From the human T2T-CHM13v2.0 reference genome, Homo sapiens: DNA of 64,000 nt. The notes under the pieces are model-generated. The model saw only the letters and a program-made list of their open reading frames with translations. It was not told where the DNA came from and did no database searches. The stretch lies in NCBI RefSeq assembly GCF_009914755.1, contig NC_060926.1; one strand, 5' to 3'. Below are positions 45,701 to 61,294 of this stretch, piece after piece. Every line of letters starts with the position of its first letter. The first letter of the stretch is position 1. The translations under genes were made by a program, and so were the position numbers.

Positions 45701-48474
45701 GATTAAGCTGAGGCTTGAGTGTGGGTAAGGGTTGGACTAAATAAATGAAGAGAGAAAATTTGCCATGGTGGGACATATTAGGACTAGGAATTGTCATGTA
45801 CCCTTCCTTCTCTCCAGACTCCTGACACATATAGGAAGCCCATAGAGCAACAATCTAATAAGTGAAGGTTAATATATCTAAGCAAGTAATGTGTTCCTCC
45901 AAATATAGTTGATTAAATTTGCTTAATACTGATGCTAAAGCTGGCTTCCTAACACTCAAATTAGAGACAACGTGTCTTCCATGCAGACCTGGCCTCCCTT
46001 TCCTCATCAGTGAGAATGGAGAGTAAGGGATTCCTCTGGCAGCCACCGTGAAGGGTGTTTTCCTGCAAGAAGAGCACACACCACCCTTGGATATAAGACA
46101 AAATAAGAATCACAAAGCCAGGTTGCTGGCTGTAGGCAGAATAGGTAGACCTACTAATAAGATACCAGTTTTTTTTTCCCAAGGAGAGAGGACAGCAAGG
46201 GTGTATTGGAGTCAGAATTCAATAATCGCTGTAAAGAGGTAGAGTATTCAAAATTATTAAAGTGATAGAGATTTTTAGTTTTCCCTGTTTTCCTGTCCAC
46301 TTTCCCCACCATTAAGGTTTAAAACACGAAGCTCCTTGTGTCATAGGAAAAGAAAGTATTTACAAGAGCTCAGTGTACACATATGAATCTCAAAGCTGAC
46401 ATCTTTGTAACTAACATCTTAAAAAGCCTGAAATCTTAAAAATCAACATCTTAGTCATTTAAAAATCTAATATCTCAACTTCATGAAACAGAAAAGAGTA
46501 GGATCAGTGCAGTAGAAAGAAGCACTACAGAGTGGGAAAGGCGCCCCTGAAACACAGCATCAGGGTCCTCCTGAGATGAAAGCACATGCCAACCTGAGAA
46601 CCCTAATGGAAGAAACTGAGGGACTGAAGGCTCCATGATTTTTCTAGTAAGTTCTGGAGCCAAAGCTTAATGTCATGATAAGTTTTATTTGCTGCTCATA
46701 TCCCTTTGATTGTACCTGTAGAGAGAATAAATAATGTATTTATCTGTTCATACGTTCTCTCTATAGTTATTTGTTGGGAGAACTTAGAGTATAAGAAAAG
46801 TGAGCTTCCCCCCAAAAAAAGAAAAACAGAAGGTCTTGGACAAGGAAAATAAACGCTATGGGAAACAGAAAAGAGAAGAACAGAGAAGGGAATAATTGTA
46901 TCCTGCTAACCCCTTCAAGCTGTTGCTCCTACAAAATTGAATCTCTGGCTCTGGGAATTAGAGTTGGAGGGTAGGGTTTGATATGTGGATTAAAATCAAG
47001 GGAATAAGTCACTCTGAGCAGCTGCATAATGTTATAAGATTTGGGAAAGTACAAGAAGGTCACAAAAAGGAGAGGAAAGAGGTGCCCCAGACATAGCCTG
47101 TAACCAGTATATCATATTTCCCTGAATGTTGAGCCTTCATTTTAAGAAAAAAACCCATATGCCTTCCAACACTCACCACACAGTCTTCACACACCACCCT
47201 TCCTTATGTGTAGTTTCATCACAACAGTTTTTAAAGTGTCCATCTCATAATCACTTAAAAAGCAGTAGATATTATGCATTTTCTGCATTACCCTGAAAAT
47301 CACATTAATAATTAACGTATGACTTCCCAGAAACTGAGATCATCCCCTTCAATGTTCAGAAGATGAAGTCTATTAGCATTTTCCTTACCTTGCATCATGA
47401 TGGCCTTTCCCACTTGCAAATGGAAAGCAATGGTCATCATGTGCACATGTGCATAAACACCAACCCAAACTGCTATGATTTTAGCAATTTTAATAATAGA
47501 AAAGAAATGTAAAAAACCTGATGTCACAGTCATTTTTTTCCTGCTAACCTGCAAAGCAAAAAAAAAGAAGACTTCATTTCAGAATTAAACACCCAGGCTT
47601 TGTGCATTGCTCTTTTCTATTTTAAATCTGAAGTCAGTGACATTCCTGCAGTGCTCTGGTAGCTACCAGTGGCAAACTCATCTCTCTGATCCAAATATAT
47701 CAATTAGTCTAATGTCTGTCTCTTCAGAACATGTTAAGGTATTTTCCTTGTAATTTCTTGAAGCTAGAAGAATACCCTTCACACATGCTCCCTGCCAAAC
47801 AACCTCCTCCCCTCATGTTTTCCAAGACCTGGTGAGGCTGTAACACATGGTGACAAGGAGGAAAGTCTCTAGGGTTGGACAGAACACAGTCCCAGTGACC
47901 CCTCCCTAGTTATATGACTTTGGACATGTTACTTCATCGCAATAAGCCTGAATTCTCTCATCTATAAAATGACAATAATAATACAGCCCCCATCTTGGTG
48001 TTTCTCCCACTATGACAAGTTTGCTAGAGAAACGGTATTCACTGCCTGAGGACAAAAGGAGTCATTTATCAAGTCAAAAATGTATTGACTGAAATGTCAC
48101 TGTAATGAGATGATATAGGGAAAGGAGACTGTCAGTGGAGGCTTCCTAGTGATATTTATAAGGATTTTTATTAGCTTTTATGTGCAGTTCCTGACCATTG
48201 CTCCACAATCCAATTTATGTTAAATATGTTTTTGTCCTATCTGAGTTGTAGATATCCTTAAGGATATCTATTCCCTGATGGCTTTATAATCTCCACTCAT
48301 TACATCTATAGAGACTTTATTTAACAAATGCTTTCAAACTCAAAATCTAGTCAAAATAAAGGAAAGAAGGAAGAGAGAGGAACATGTTTACTAAGTGCCT
48401 AATCTAGTTACCTCTCATATAACCTCATTTTTATTTATTCTCACAACATTCTGATTAAAACAGCATTAATATCC

Positions 48475-48612
48475 TTTCTTCCATCTTTTCTTCCTCCTTT
48501 CTTTATATCCTTTTTTTTCTTTCTTCCCCCTTCTTCCTTTTTCCTTTCCTTCTTTCTTTCCTTTCTTCTTCTCTACATTTATTTCTTTATCTTCTTTTCT
48601 CATCATCTTTTT
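48475..48612 (+). repeat. Pyrimidine-rich (CTT/CTTT) low-complexity tract
   Basis: ttcttcccccttcttcctttttcctttccttctttctttcc. Confidence 0.85.
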
Positions 48613-50254
48613 TCATCAGAGAATTCTCAGACCAAGTGAGGCAGATAACTATAGAGGTCCTAAAGCCAGTAAAACTTGGTGTCAGAAGGTACACGCAAGT
48701 GTGTAGAAAATTCAAAGCCCATGCTATGTTTACCAGCTCACATTGCATACTAAGTAAAGACACATTTCTGTATTTCATGTGAATGGGCCAATGGGACTCC
48801 AAGGGAAGTCATTTCCGCTCCATCTTAACTGCCATGTACTTAACTGCCAGCCTCCTGAGGATCAGCTCCCTCTAGTAGGAGGTATCTGGGACAAAAGAGG
48901 AATTTCTGTAATGATCTTTCCATTTTTATGGAAAGAAGATGTTGTCACTAAACACAACGAAACCCAACAATTCTGCATAAGGACCAAGGGGTCCAGAATA
49001 GTAATCAGAATGGCAGAGTGAGACAGGGAAGCCTTTTAAAAAGAAGTGAATTTTGTACAAGGAATGTGCTAATTGGCCCTGGAGTGTGACTGACCAATAA
49101 CAGCAATTGACTTGGAAAGACCTGAGGGCCTCACCCTTCAATCCTGCAAGAGCTTTAACATTCATCTTCTTGACAGACTGGCACAGCAAATTAACTTTCT
49201 CCTCTGCTCCATGAGATGTGATTGTACAACCTCTAATAGAAGAAAAGAAGCCACCCTTTAATCATCTTCTCTATGTCAGATAATATACATTATGCTACTT
49301 ACATTGTTTTAATTAATCCTCACAATTCCCTTATTAAAATGAGTCCTGCTATTTCTGTTTTACAAAAAAAGACACAATCTCAGAGATATTGTGATGTGCC
49401 CAAAGTTTTACAAGTCACAGGCCAATATTTAAATCCAAATTTCTTGAGCTCAAGAGCCTTTATTATTTTCACTATATCATTTCATCAAATACTAGTTGTG
49501 GTCTTTCACATAAGAGTGAGAAACCTTTGATTTGCATCTGAAGCCATGTGCTACCAAGTTTGAGACCAAGTGCTTTTGAGCCATCTATCTATACACACAT
49601 AGTTCCCCACTTTGGTAACCAAGAACTCACTATCATTGGAGAAGCTTAGGGAATAATCTGAGCCCTGGGAGAAGAAGTTTTCTTTGGACCAGAGTTTCTC
49701 AGAAGTCAATTGTCTATAAACCTTCTTCATTTTTTTTTAACATCTACTCATACCAACTACACCATTTTTTGTACATTATTTCTTTTTTTAACTCAAATTA
49801 CTATGTTTTAAGAGCACAATTTATATCATCAGCACAAATAGAATCAGCATGAATTAATTAATTTTATGTTAATGAAAATCTGAGTTACCCCTTAAATTAT
49901 CATCTGTATCTTCAGGAAAATGTTGACCAAGTTTTAGAAAATACTGCTCTAGGCAAAGCCAACCCATATTACCAATAAATCACAACTATTAACTTATTTG
50001 ATATCTTATTAATGGAGCTGCTTAGCTGGTATAATTCAGTGTTCTGGAATGTAATCCTATTTGGGACCTCTGCCCTTTTTTGTCTTATTTTGTTTTAATT
50101 AGCACATAATAAGTGTACATATTTATGGGGTACAGGGTGATTTTTGATGCATGTAATGATCAAATCACTATACAATGTGCCACTTTTAAATCACATCTTA
50201 GCCTCTGAGATAATGATGAAGTATAGTCTTCTTTTGCTTTTTATTTTTATTTTT

Positions 50255-50805
50255 TTGGTAACAGCTTTATTAAGATGAAATTCAAATGCTTAAAAATTGA
50301 CTCATTCAACATGTATAATTCACACAGTTGTGCAATTATCCCCACAATCAATTTTAGAATATCCTCATCTTCATCGTTCAAAAAAAAAAAAAAAAAAAAA
50401 CCCTGTACCCTTTCATAGTCACCCTTATTCTCCCATCTCTTGCAGCCCTTGGCAACTGCTGCTCTACTTTCTGACTCTACAGATTAGCCTATTCTAGATA
50501 TTTAATATAAGTTGAATCATACCATCTGTGACCTTTTGCATCTGGCTTCTTATACTTAACATTTTTAAGGATCATCCATGTTGTAGAATGTAGCAGTACG
50601 TCATTCCTTTTTATTGCTGAATAATATTTTGCTGTATGGAAATTGTACATTTTGTTTATCTACTCATCAGTTTGTGGGCATTTGAGTTGTTTCTGCTCTT
50701 TGGCTATCACGAATAATGCTGCTATAAACATTCCTGTAAAAACGTTTGTGTGTATGTGTGTTTTCATGTCTTTTGAGTCTATGCCTAGGAGTGAAATTGC
50801 TGGTA
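50255..50805 (-). mobile_element. L1MB/L1ME 3' end
   Basis: acagctttatt...ctggcttct...catccatgttgtag...aataatgctgctataaacatt; minus ORF MKTHIHTNVFTGMFIAALF. Confidence 0.8.
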
Positions 50806-52683
50806 TGATGAAGAGCTTTAACAGTGTTTGGGGTTCTGTTTTAAATTGCCTTTTTGACCTCAATTTAATGACTCAAAGAAATGATATTATGCCTTCACCC
50901 ATTCATTATAAAACTAGCCAAACAAGTCCTGCACATTTACCACAGAGGGGTCTTTTAAGGTAGAAATTGTATCATAATCATAGATAGAGACTAAAGAATC
51001 TGGGTTCTGCCACCAACTAGCAAAATGTTCATGAGCAAATGACTTTACCTGCTAGCCTCCATTATCCTTATTTGGAAAATGAAAGGATTAGATTTGTCAT
51101 TGCCTGACATCCTTCCTCACTTTAATACTCTGTAATTTTATAAGCATATATGAAAGCATTTTGACAAGTTAAAGGTAGTTTTAAAATATAAGCCGTCATT
51201 ATCACATACTGCCTCCTTGCTGAGAAATGGCTGTGTCCTATGGTGAAACAACATCAGCATTCAATCTTAAGGAAAAGTATGCCCAAAATAGACCATTTTC
51301 TCAAAAAACAAGAACATATTCTCATGTAATTCTCAGGTGCTTATGGGACCTATCAAAGGATGGGAAGATATACGTATTTTTCTCTATGTAATTCTACTTT
51401 CTTAAACAAAGAAAACACTATAAGGAGAATCCATGTGTTATTCCTAAGCAATATATTTGCAGCACTTCCCTGGTGACATAACTGGCTCTGGAAAGGAACA
51501 CTGAGTTATGTCCTCTGGGGTAACTGGAATCACAGTGAAATTGTCACACAGAGAACTGAGTTGAAGGCTTGGAGAAAATGAGCACTCTGGCACAGAAAAT
51601 TCTAAAAGGTACAATTAACTGTGTGATAAACACAAAGAATACACTTTTGCCAAAATATATCAGTATGATTAAGCTTAGAAATCCCAGAAAGTTCAGTTTC
51701 TTGAGTAGTCCCAATTCACATAGGAAATACATTGAGGTGCGCTATCTATCTATATAGCACCACCACCAATTTAAAACTGGATACGATTATCCCTCATGGT
51801 TCTGTGGATTGACTGGTCTCAGTTGTTCGTGGATTCCAACCTAAGTTTCTTTATGAGGTTACTCTCAGATAGTTGGGATCGTCATCATCAGAATGTTAGA
51901 TATCCAAGATGGCTTGAGAGCTGGCCACTTTGTCTCCGTGTTAATACTTTAGTTCAGGAGAATTTATCTTTGATACCTTTGGCACTTAAAAATTTACAAA
52001 TTGATGTATATCAATTTTTTTTACATCTTTTGATCATCAGGATAGTCCTGTTTAATAAACAGATCAAGAATGAAAAAACAGATTCAAATATGCTAATAGT
52101 TACCTAAAACAGCATGGCTACTCATAATAGAAAAAGCCCCCCAAATTGTTCTATTCTTGGTCCAGTATTCTTTTCATTATAATACCCTATCACTTCTTTG
52201 ATTCTATGCAACCATAGTCTATTACTGAAAACTTTGATAAAATTGCTTTGACTTTTTGTCCCCAAACTTGCTTGCCAATAATGGGCAACAATTGAGCCTT
52301 ATGCAGCCCTCTACGATCTAGAGTAAGTCAAATCTATCTTATACTTCGGAGCTCTTCAAGTGTTTGAAACCTCAGTTGTGTTCTAAGACATCACTTTCTT
52401 CCATTTCTCAATTATCTTTATGAATTCTTTTTCTGTCCTTGGCCTATGGGTATTGGTCAACATGTTTTTAACATCTATATTATTTTGATTAATCAAACAT
52501 GAGATTTTGGGATTGGAGTCATATCATTACTTGACAGCAACAACTGTGTTGATTTCCTATACCCCATTCTCTTCCTTCAGAGTGATGAGATGAGACCCAG
52601 ATATTACCCTGCATGTGCAAATGATTTTTGTTCTTTGGCACTACGAGAGAGGAACCCTGAAGGTATGAATCTAGGAGCTTATG

Positions 52684-52711
52684 TAGGAACTGCTATATAG
52701 GAACTGCTATA
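52684..52711. repeat. Perfect 14-bp tandem duplication
   Basis: taggaactgctata x2, followed by a partial third copy. Confidence 0.9.
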
Positions 52712-55224
52712 TAGCTGCTATTCTTCCCTCGAAAGAGATAGATAAAACTTTTCTCTCTAATATTTTACAAACTTTTAACTTATAAACAAATGGCCCCAGA
52801 GATTTTTATCTCCCCCTGAAATAGAGACATAGCTACTAGAGAGAAAGCTTTTAATATTTCTGGAAGTCTCCATGCAGTCACCCTTTAATTGCCAGTATTT
52901 GTTGTTTTACTTAGTTTTCTTTGCTGGGGTTATAATTCTGTAAAAATGTAAAAATATTTTCTCTAGTTCCACATTAGTGTGCTCAGTGGTTAAGCCTGCA
53001 GCTCACTGGTCATCTCATCTCATGTAACAAAAGCTGCCAAGTGCTTTTCATGCACCGAATACTACATCTTATACATGCTATTGAATCCTCGGTCTCTCTT
53101 TCAGCACAAACTATTCCTTCAGCTTCAGATTTCCAATGTAGCTTTCCAGATGACATCTGCATGACAGTGTCTTTTGGGCATTTAAAACCCAGTGTGTTAA
53201 AAAATAAACCACCCACCTTCTCTTCCTAAACCATTCATCCCCATTTTTAGATACTTATGTATTAGGACCCCAGAGTCAAGAACATAAAGAGCCCAATAAT
53301 CACATTAGTCTTCTCCAATTCACTGTGCCTTTCCTTCCTTTAAAAAAAAAAAATCCTTAGTACCTACTATGTGTCAGGCACTAACAAGCCAGCAGTGAAC
53401 AAAGCAATCAAATTCCATGCTCACAAGGAGGGTAGAGAGACAGGCAATTGGCAGGTAAGCAAATGATCACACAATATAATAGGTGAATTAAATATTAAAA
53501 AGAAAACAATAAAGAGATTCCGGTATTTCTATTATCTGTATTACCACACAGAGTCATATTAGAAAATACCAGTTTTGATCTCTGACACAAGGTTTGACTT
53601 CTGAAACAGAACAGCTGAGTCACACACATGAAAAAACAATGATTTTCAATTCATCATCACTGATTAAACCTTCCTTAAAAATATGATTCTAACCCAGATA
53701 TAAAGCAAGATAGAGATGCTTGTGCTTTGAAAGAGCCAGGGTCTGACTCCACCCTCTTTCCCCCATCAGTTCTACTGCACATGCCAAGACGAAAGTGGTC
53801 TCTTGCGTCCTTAAATCCTTGAGTGTCACTGTAGCATAGGAAGCTAAAGAAATAGGAAAAGAGGTGAGAACAGAGTAGTTTGGGGCTTACAGTTTTTCAT
53901 ACAATTTCTTTGAAGAAATAAGAATTACTGCTTGCTGTAAGTTGTGCAGAAAATAACTACATGTGAGTGTGTGCTTTTGTAGCCTTAAAAAATCCTTCAT
54001 GCTTGGGTCTATTTTCTAGATGGATATATCCTTGTCGTAGAATCTGAACATCAATAGTTTCTGACATTTTCTTTAAAACACTGAAGCATCTTAAAGTCTA
54101 ATCTATTTTGCTTCCTCCTGAATTGGATTCTGCCCGCTATGAGAACTGTACATGAGGTAAGAGGAAAATTTGGTGAGAAACTTTCTCCACTCATGGTCCA
54201 AACAAGTAACTTTTATAAACAGTATTAATTTATGTACTTAATTGACATTAATCAGAAGAGAAATAAAGTTGATAACTTAAAAAATAAAAGTTGGCCACGT
54301 TGGCAATATGTGGTCAAGATCTGAACTTCCTCATAAAAATGATTTTTTTCTTTACAAACAATATACCATGAGATTTATGCAACAGGGATTTCTGGCCTGA
54401 GGAAACTGGTACAAGAGAATTTTTTACAAAGATATATCCATATCTTAAAGAATAGGAATGCAGAGAGAGAACAACATGCAGACACAACACTGCAAAATAA
54501 TTTTATCTCAGTGGGATCAAAATGTTTCTGTGAAGCTGCTACAGCTTCCCCTCTCAGAATATATTGCATTGTCTTAAATGCAGAACCACCAAGAAAAAAA
54601 AATGATGGAGAAAATAGAGGAATCCAAAATAAGCATGTTAAGTAAGGATTCATAGAAAATGCAAAGAGCAAAATCATAAGGTATATTTTTCTTTTATTTT
54701 CTACTAGATTTTATTCCTGAGTTCAGATATCTCCTCTCATATAGATAATTCAACTGTTTTTATTTGAAGCTAGTTTTATTGTAGTAAATATTTTTGGAAT
54801 TCAAACTCAACAATCACTGCTATTGACCCACAGCAGAGATCAAGAAGGAAACCTATACTTCCATCCCCAATTGGCAATAATGAGATACCCCTCCCCCACT
54901 CAGGTGGAGTCAAAAGGCCTAGTGAAGCAACAAGACTTTTATAATTAGCCAGTGGTAATAAGGTAACCTCCACTGCACTGTCAGTAGAGACCACATGAAA
55001 TGTTAGAATTCCTACCCCTACTCAGTGGTAGTAAAAAGACTATTCAGTTGTCAACAAACACTAAGGAACCTCGGTCCTTACTGACAACTACCTGACAGTA
55101 ATCATGAAGGACCCACCTTTCTACTGCTGGAGTGTTGTCAGAGAAATAGAGCTAAAACAGTAGGTATAACTAAAATCTAGAGTAATAGCACAAAAAATCC
55201 AGGTTTCAATAAAAATGATTTTTT

Positions 55225-55882
55225 TTTTATTATGTTCTGGGATACATGTGCAGAATGTGCAGGTTTGTTACATAGGCATACATGTGGCATGGTGGTTTGC
55301 TGCACCCATCAACCTGTCATCTGCGTTAGGTGTTTCTCCTAATGCTATCCCTCCTCTTGCCCCCCATCATCCGACAGGCCCCAGTGTGTGATGTTCCCCT
55401 CCCTGTGCCCATATGTTCTCATTGTTCAACTTCCACTTATGAGTGAGAACATGCAGTGTTTGGTTTTCTGTTCCTGTGTTAGTTTGCTGGGGTTGATGGT
55501 TTCCAGCTTCATCAATGTCCCTGGAAAGGACATGAACTCATTCTTTTTCATAGCTGCATAGTATTCTATGGGGCACATGTGCCACATTTTCTTTATCCAG
55601 TCTATCATTGATGGGCATTTGGGTTGGTTCCAAGTCTTTGCTATTCTGAATAGTGCTGCAATAAACATATGTGTGCATGTATCTTCATAGTAGAATGATT
55701 TATAATCCTTTGGATATATACCCAGTAATGGGATTGCTGGGTTAAATGGTATTTCTAGTTTTAGATCCTTGAGGAATCGCCACACTGTCTTCCACAATGG
55801 TTGAACTAATTTACACTCCCACCAACAGCGTAAAAGTGTTCTATTTCTCTACATCCTCTCCAGTATCTGTTGTTTCCTGACT
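55225..55882 (-). mobile_element. 5'-truncated L1PA7-like 3' end
   Basis: Minus ORF 55426-55797 = ORF2 C-terminus; 17-bp TSD aataaaaatgatttttt at 55208-55224 and 55883-55899. Confidence 0.93.
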
Positions 55883-56111
55883 AATAAAAATGATTTTTTA
55901 TACAAGAATCAAAAATATCTCAAACAAAATGAAAAGACACAAACAACAGATTACAATACCAAGACGACAGGGATGTTAAAATTATCTAGCAAAGATTTAA
56001 AAGGAGTCATCAAAAGAATCCTTTAATGAGTACAAACACTCAGGTTAAAAAAAAAAAGGAAAAAGAAAACCCCATTAAAAAATTAGAAACTATCAATAAA
56101 GAAATAGAAGC

Positions 56112-56396
<285 letters not shown>

Positions 56397-58511
56397 CTAG
56401 TAGAAGATTTAGAGCTGAAACAATAAACAAAATAAAAAACTCAGATGAGCCCAACAACAAAATAAAGGGGAAAGTGTGAAGAGTAAGTGAATTTAAAGAT
56501 GAAACTATGCAAACGATCCATGTAAACTGGAAAAAAATCAGAGACCTAATGGCATGTGGGACTTGCCACAAAAGATCTAATATTCCCGTCAGAGAGCCCC
56601 TGAAAGAGAGGAGAAAAAGGATGTGACAGGAAAAGTACTCAATGAAAAAGTAGAAGAAAACCTTCTAACTTTGGAAGGAGATATAAATCTACAAATCAAT
56701 AAATCTGAATGCATCCAAAACAGGATAAACCTAAATAAATCCATGTCAAAACATAGCAAAAGAAACTTCTAAAAACTAAAGGTGGATAAAATATCTTGAA
56801 AGCAGCCAGAAAAACAGCATTTTACCTATATGGGGAAAGCAACTTGAATGACAATAGATTTCTCACCAGAAATCATGGAGGCTAATAGTAAATGTCCCAA
56901 TATTTTTCAGATGCTGGAAAAAGAAAACAAACAAACAAACAAACAAACCCTGAAAAGTCAATCCAGAAACCTAGAGTCGGTAGAAATATCCTTCAGGAAT
57001 AGAGGGAAAATTAAGACTTTCTCAGATGAAACTGAGAAGAGAATTTGTCACCTACAGACCAACCCTAAGAGAGCAACTAAAGAAAATTCTGTAAAAAGAA
57101 AAAAAAAAAAAAGAGGGAACACTGGAACATCATGAAAAAATAATATAGTAAGCAAAAATATGGGTAAATGCAAATGTAAATTCTCCTCTTGAGTTATCAA
57201 AAGTATGTTTGATGGATGAAGCAAAACATAAAACAATCTGATGTGGTTCTAAATATATGTATAGAAAATATTTAAGACAGTTGTGTTATAAGCAGGGGAA
57301 GATAAAGAAATATAAAAATAGGTAGGGTTTCTATACTTCTCTCAAACTGGTAATGTAATGATACTAATGGACTGTAATAAACCATATATGTAATAAAATG
57401 CACAGAACAATCACTAAAAAGGCTATGCAAAGACACACTCAAAAACACCATAGGCAACTCCACTGAAGTGGTAGAGTAAGGACATTCAAAGGTCATCCAC
57501 CCCATAAAGGCAATAAGAACACTAGCAGAATCAACTTTTTTGGAATGCTGAAAATCAACTAATGATTTGCAGCAATCCAGGGAGCATTTGCCCAAACAAA
57601 GAGGATTGATTCTCAGTAAGAACACTGAGCTTCATCAAGAAAAAAGATTTAATCTCACTTAGAACAGGGACTTTTGTGGCATTTTACATAGTCCTATTTC
57701 CATGCTTGCCTCTGCTGTGCCTTTGAAAACAAATATCTACAATGACAGTAAAAATGAGCACCCTGACAGACACTGGTCAGGGAAGAGAGGTGTTGGGCTT
57801 CTTCAAAACACTATATCTAGGGAATTGTAATTACTTGACATGTCTGACAGTTCCCTGGAAGACTTCACTGACAGAGATATCTTTATTTGACCAAGTTCAA
57901 AGCTTTCCTAGTGTACAGAGGCTTTTCTCTAGGAATGTTTGGCAATTCTGGAACACTGCATATGCCTAAAGTGTGGATAGGAGTTGGGGAAAACAATATT
58001 ATAACCCAAAACTTAAAATAAATTCTGGAGAATGAGATGTTCATAGGGAACTTTGAAAAACTTCAACAGAGACTTCTGGTTTCTGGTCTGGCATGTAGGA
58101 AGCTGGGAAGTTGTCACTTACTCTACAAAACAAATACCATGATGAACAAACTGAAAAATCAGCAACTCTTTCAAATTAATCAGAGAAATGAAGTCAGAGG
58201 GCAAAATGCTACTCCCAAAATTGAAGAAAGGCAGATACTGAAAAATCACAATTGACCAGAGCAGAAACCCACAAGCAGAAACTTCTACGGGAACAAGTGC
58301 CAGGGTAAGAAAACCTAAACTATAATTGAAGAATTGCTGGAGGCTCAGTGTGGACAAGTCCAAGAGATAAAAACTCCAAAGGACTCAGTCATAAAAGGGA
58401 ACCCACACTTTTGGGCGTTTTACCTCCAGGAGATCTACCAGGTCCTAACAATAAATATCAGAAAAACAATCCATTCATGTTTCTGTCAAGGGATAGAGAA
58501 AAAAATTTTCT

Positions 58512-58726
<215 letters not shown>

Positions 58727-59897
58727 AAAAAAATTTTCTAAAAATAATTTGGAAATATGCCAGAAAATTCTATTCTTAACAAGGCCTAACTGTCAGTAGA
58801 ATCTATTTTACCAGAGCTTAATATACCTGAGGTAAAGGAAATACCCAATTCTAGCTTTCTCTAGACTTCCACATGAAGAAAGAAAACTACATAACTCCAG
58901 TCCACTCCAGCTATCCTGTCCCACCTAGGTGGGATGTGGGGAATGACTGAGAAACACTGGTACAGTACACAGTTCTGGGGCACAGACTAAACAAAAGACT
59001 GAGATCTGATAGGAGAGACCTAATATGTATAGAAATAAAAAATATCCTCCTTTCCCTCACACACTAATGGCCTATGTATTGCCATTCCTTTTACCCAGTA
59101 TGCCATGTTTGCCTTACAACAAAAAATTATAAGGCATACTAAAAGGCAAAAAATAAAAACAAAACAAAGAAACACAGTGAACAAGCATCAAAATGAGATT
59201 CAGATACGGCAGGAATATTAGAAATATTATACCAAAAAAATTTTAACAGACTGTGATTAATGTGCTATGGTCTTTAGTGGAAAAAATAGACAACAAGCAA
59301 GAACAGATGGATAATGTAAGCAAAAACATAAAAATTCTAGGAAAGAATAAAAAAGAAATGCTAGAAATCAAAACCACTTTAACAGAAATGAAGAATGCCT
59401 TTGAAGGGCTCATGAGTAGACTGAACACAGCTGAGGAAAGAATCTCTGAGCTTCAGGATATGACAATAGAAACTTATAAAACTAAAAACAAAGAGACACA
59501 AGACTAAAAAAGGACAAAATATCAAGGAACTGTGGGAAAACTAAAAAAGGTGTAACATATGCTTAATGGGACTACCAAAGGAGAAGAAAGAGATTAAGAA
59601 AACAGAAGCAATATTTAAAAATATGACTGAGAACTGCCCCCAAATTAGTGTCAGACATGAAACCACAAATCTAGGACACTCAAAGAACACCAAGTTGGAT
59701 AAATACTATAACCAACCAAAAAATCAAACTATATCTTGGTATATCATATTCAAACTATAGAAAATCAAAGATGAAAAAGAATTCTTAAAGAGTCTAGAGG
59801 GGAAAAAAGTACCTTACCTATAGAGGAACAAAGATAATAAATACTTCTGACTTCTTAGAAACCGTGCAAACAAGAAGAGAACACAGTGAAGTATTTA

Positions 59898-60400
<503 letters not shown>

Positions 60401-61294
60401 AAAGATCAGAAACTGGGATCTACATAAAGAAAGGAAAAGCATTATAAAGGCATTAGTGAGGGTTAAATAAACTTTTATATTTTTTATTCTTAATTGATCT
60501 AACAGATATAAGATATCAGTATGTTCAAAATAATAATAGCAACAATGTATTTAATTATACATGTTGAGGTATATATGTTTGTGTGCATGTGTGTGTGTGT
60601 GTATGTGTGTGTATGTATAATTACCTATAAGTAAAATGAATGACATGAAATGATACAAGGAATGGGAGGGAGGAATACAGATTTTTTAAAAATATTATTA
60701 TGAAGTACTCACACTACTAGTGAAGTGGTACAGTTTTATTTGAAAGTAGTTTTAGCTTAGTTGTAAATGTATACTGCATACTCTAGCACAACCACTAAAA
60801 AAATAAAAATAAAAGTAAACTGACATGCTTTAAAAGGAGAAGAAATGGAATTATATAAAATATCCAATCAAAACCACAAAAAAACAGATAAAGAGGAATA
60901 AAGAATAAGGGCAACAGATATTAAATCAGCTATATTAGTAATCACTTTGAGCCCCAGTGGTCTAGGTGCACAAATTAAAAAACATATCTATCTTATTACA
61001 GTGGATCAAAAGACAAGACTCATTTATATGTTGTCTACAGAAATCTTCTTTAAATACAAGACACATATATACAAATAAATGAATTCAGAAATACATACCA
61101 TGCTACACTTAGGAAAAGAAAGTAGGAATAGTTATATTAAATTCAGACAGAGATGACTTCAGAGTGAGGAAAGTTATCAGGGCTAAAGAGGGACATTACA
61201 AACTGAAAACAATTCTTCAATTTTTTAAGAAGTCATAGTAATTATTAACATGTAAACATCTAACAGTAGAGCATCAAAATATGTGAGGGAACAC

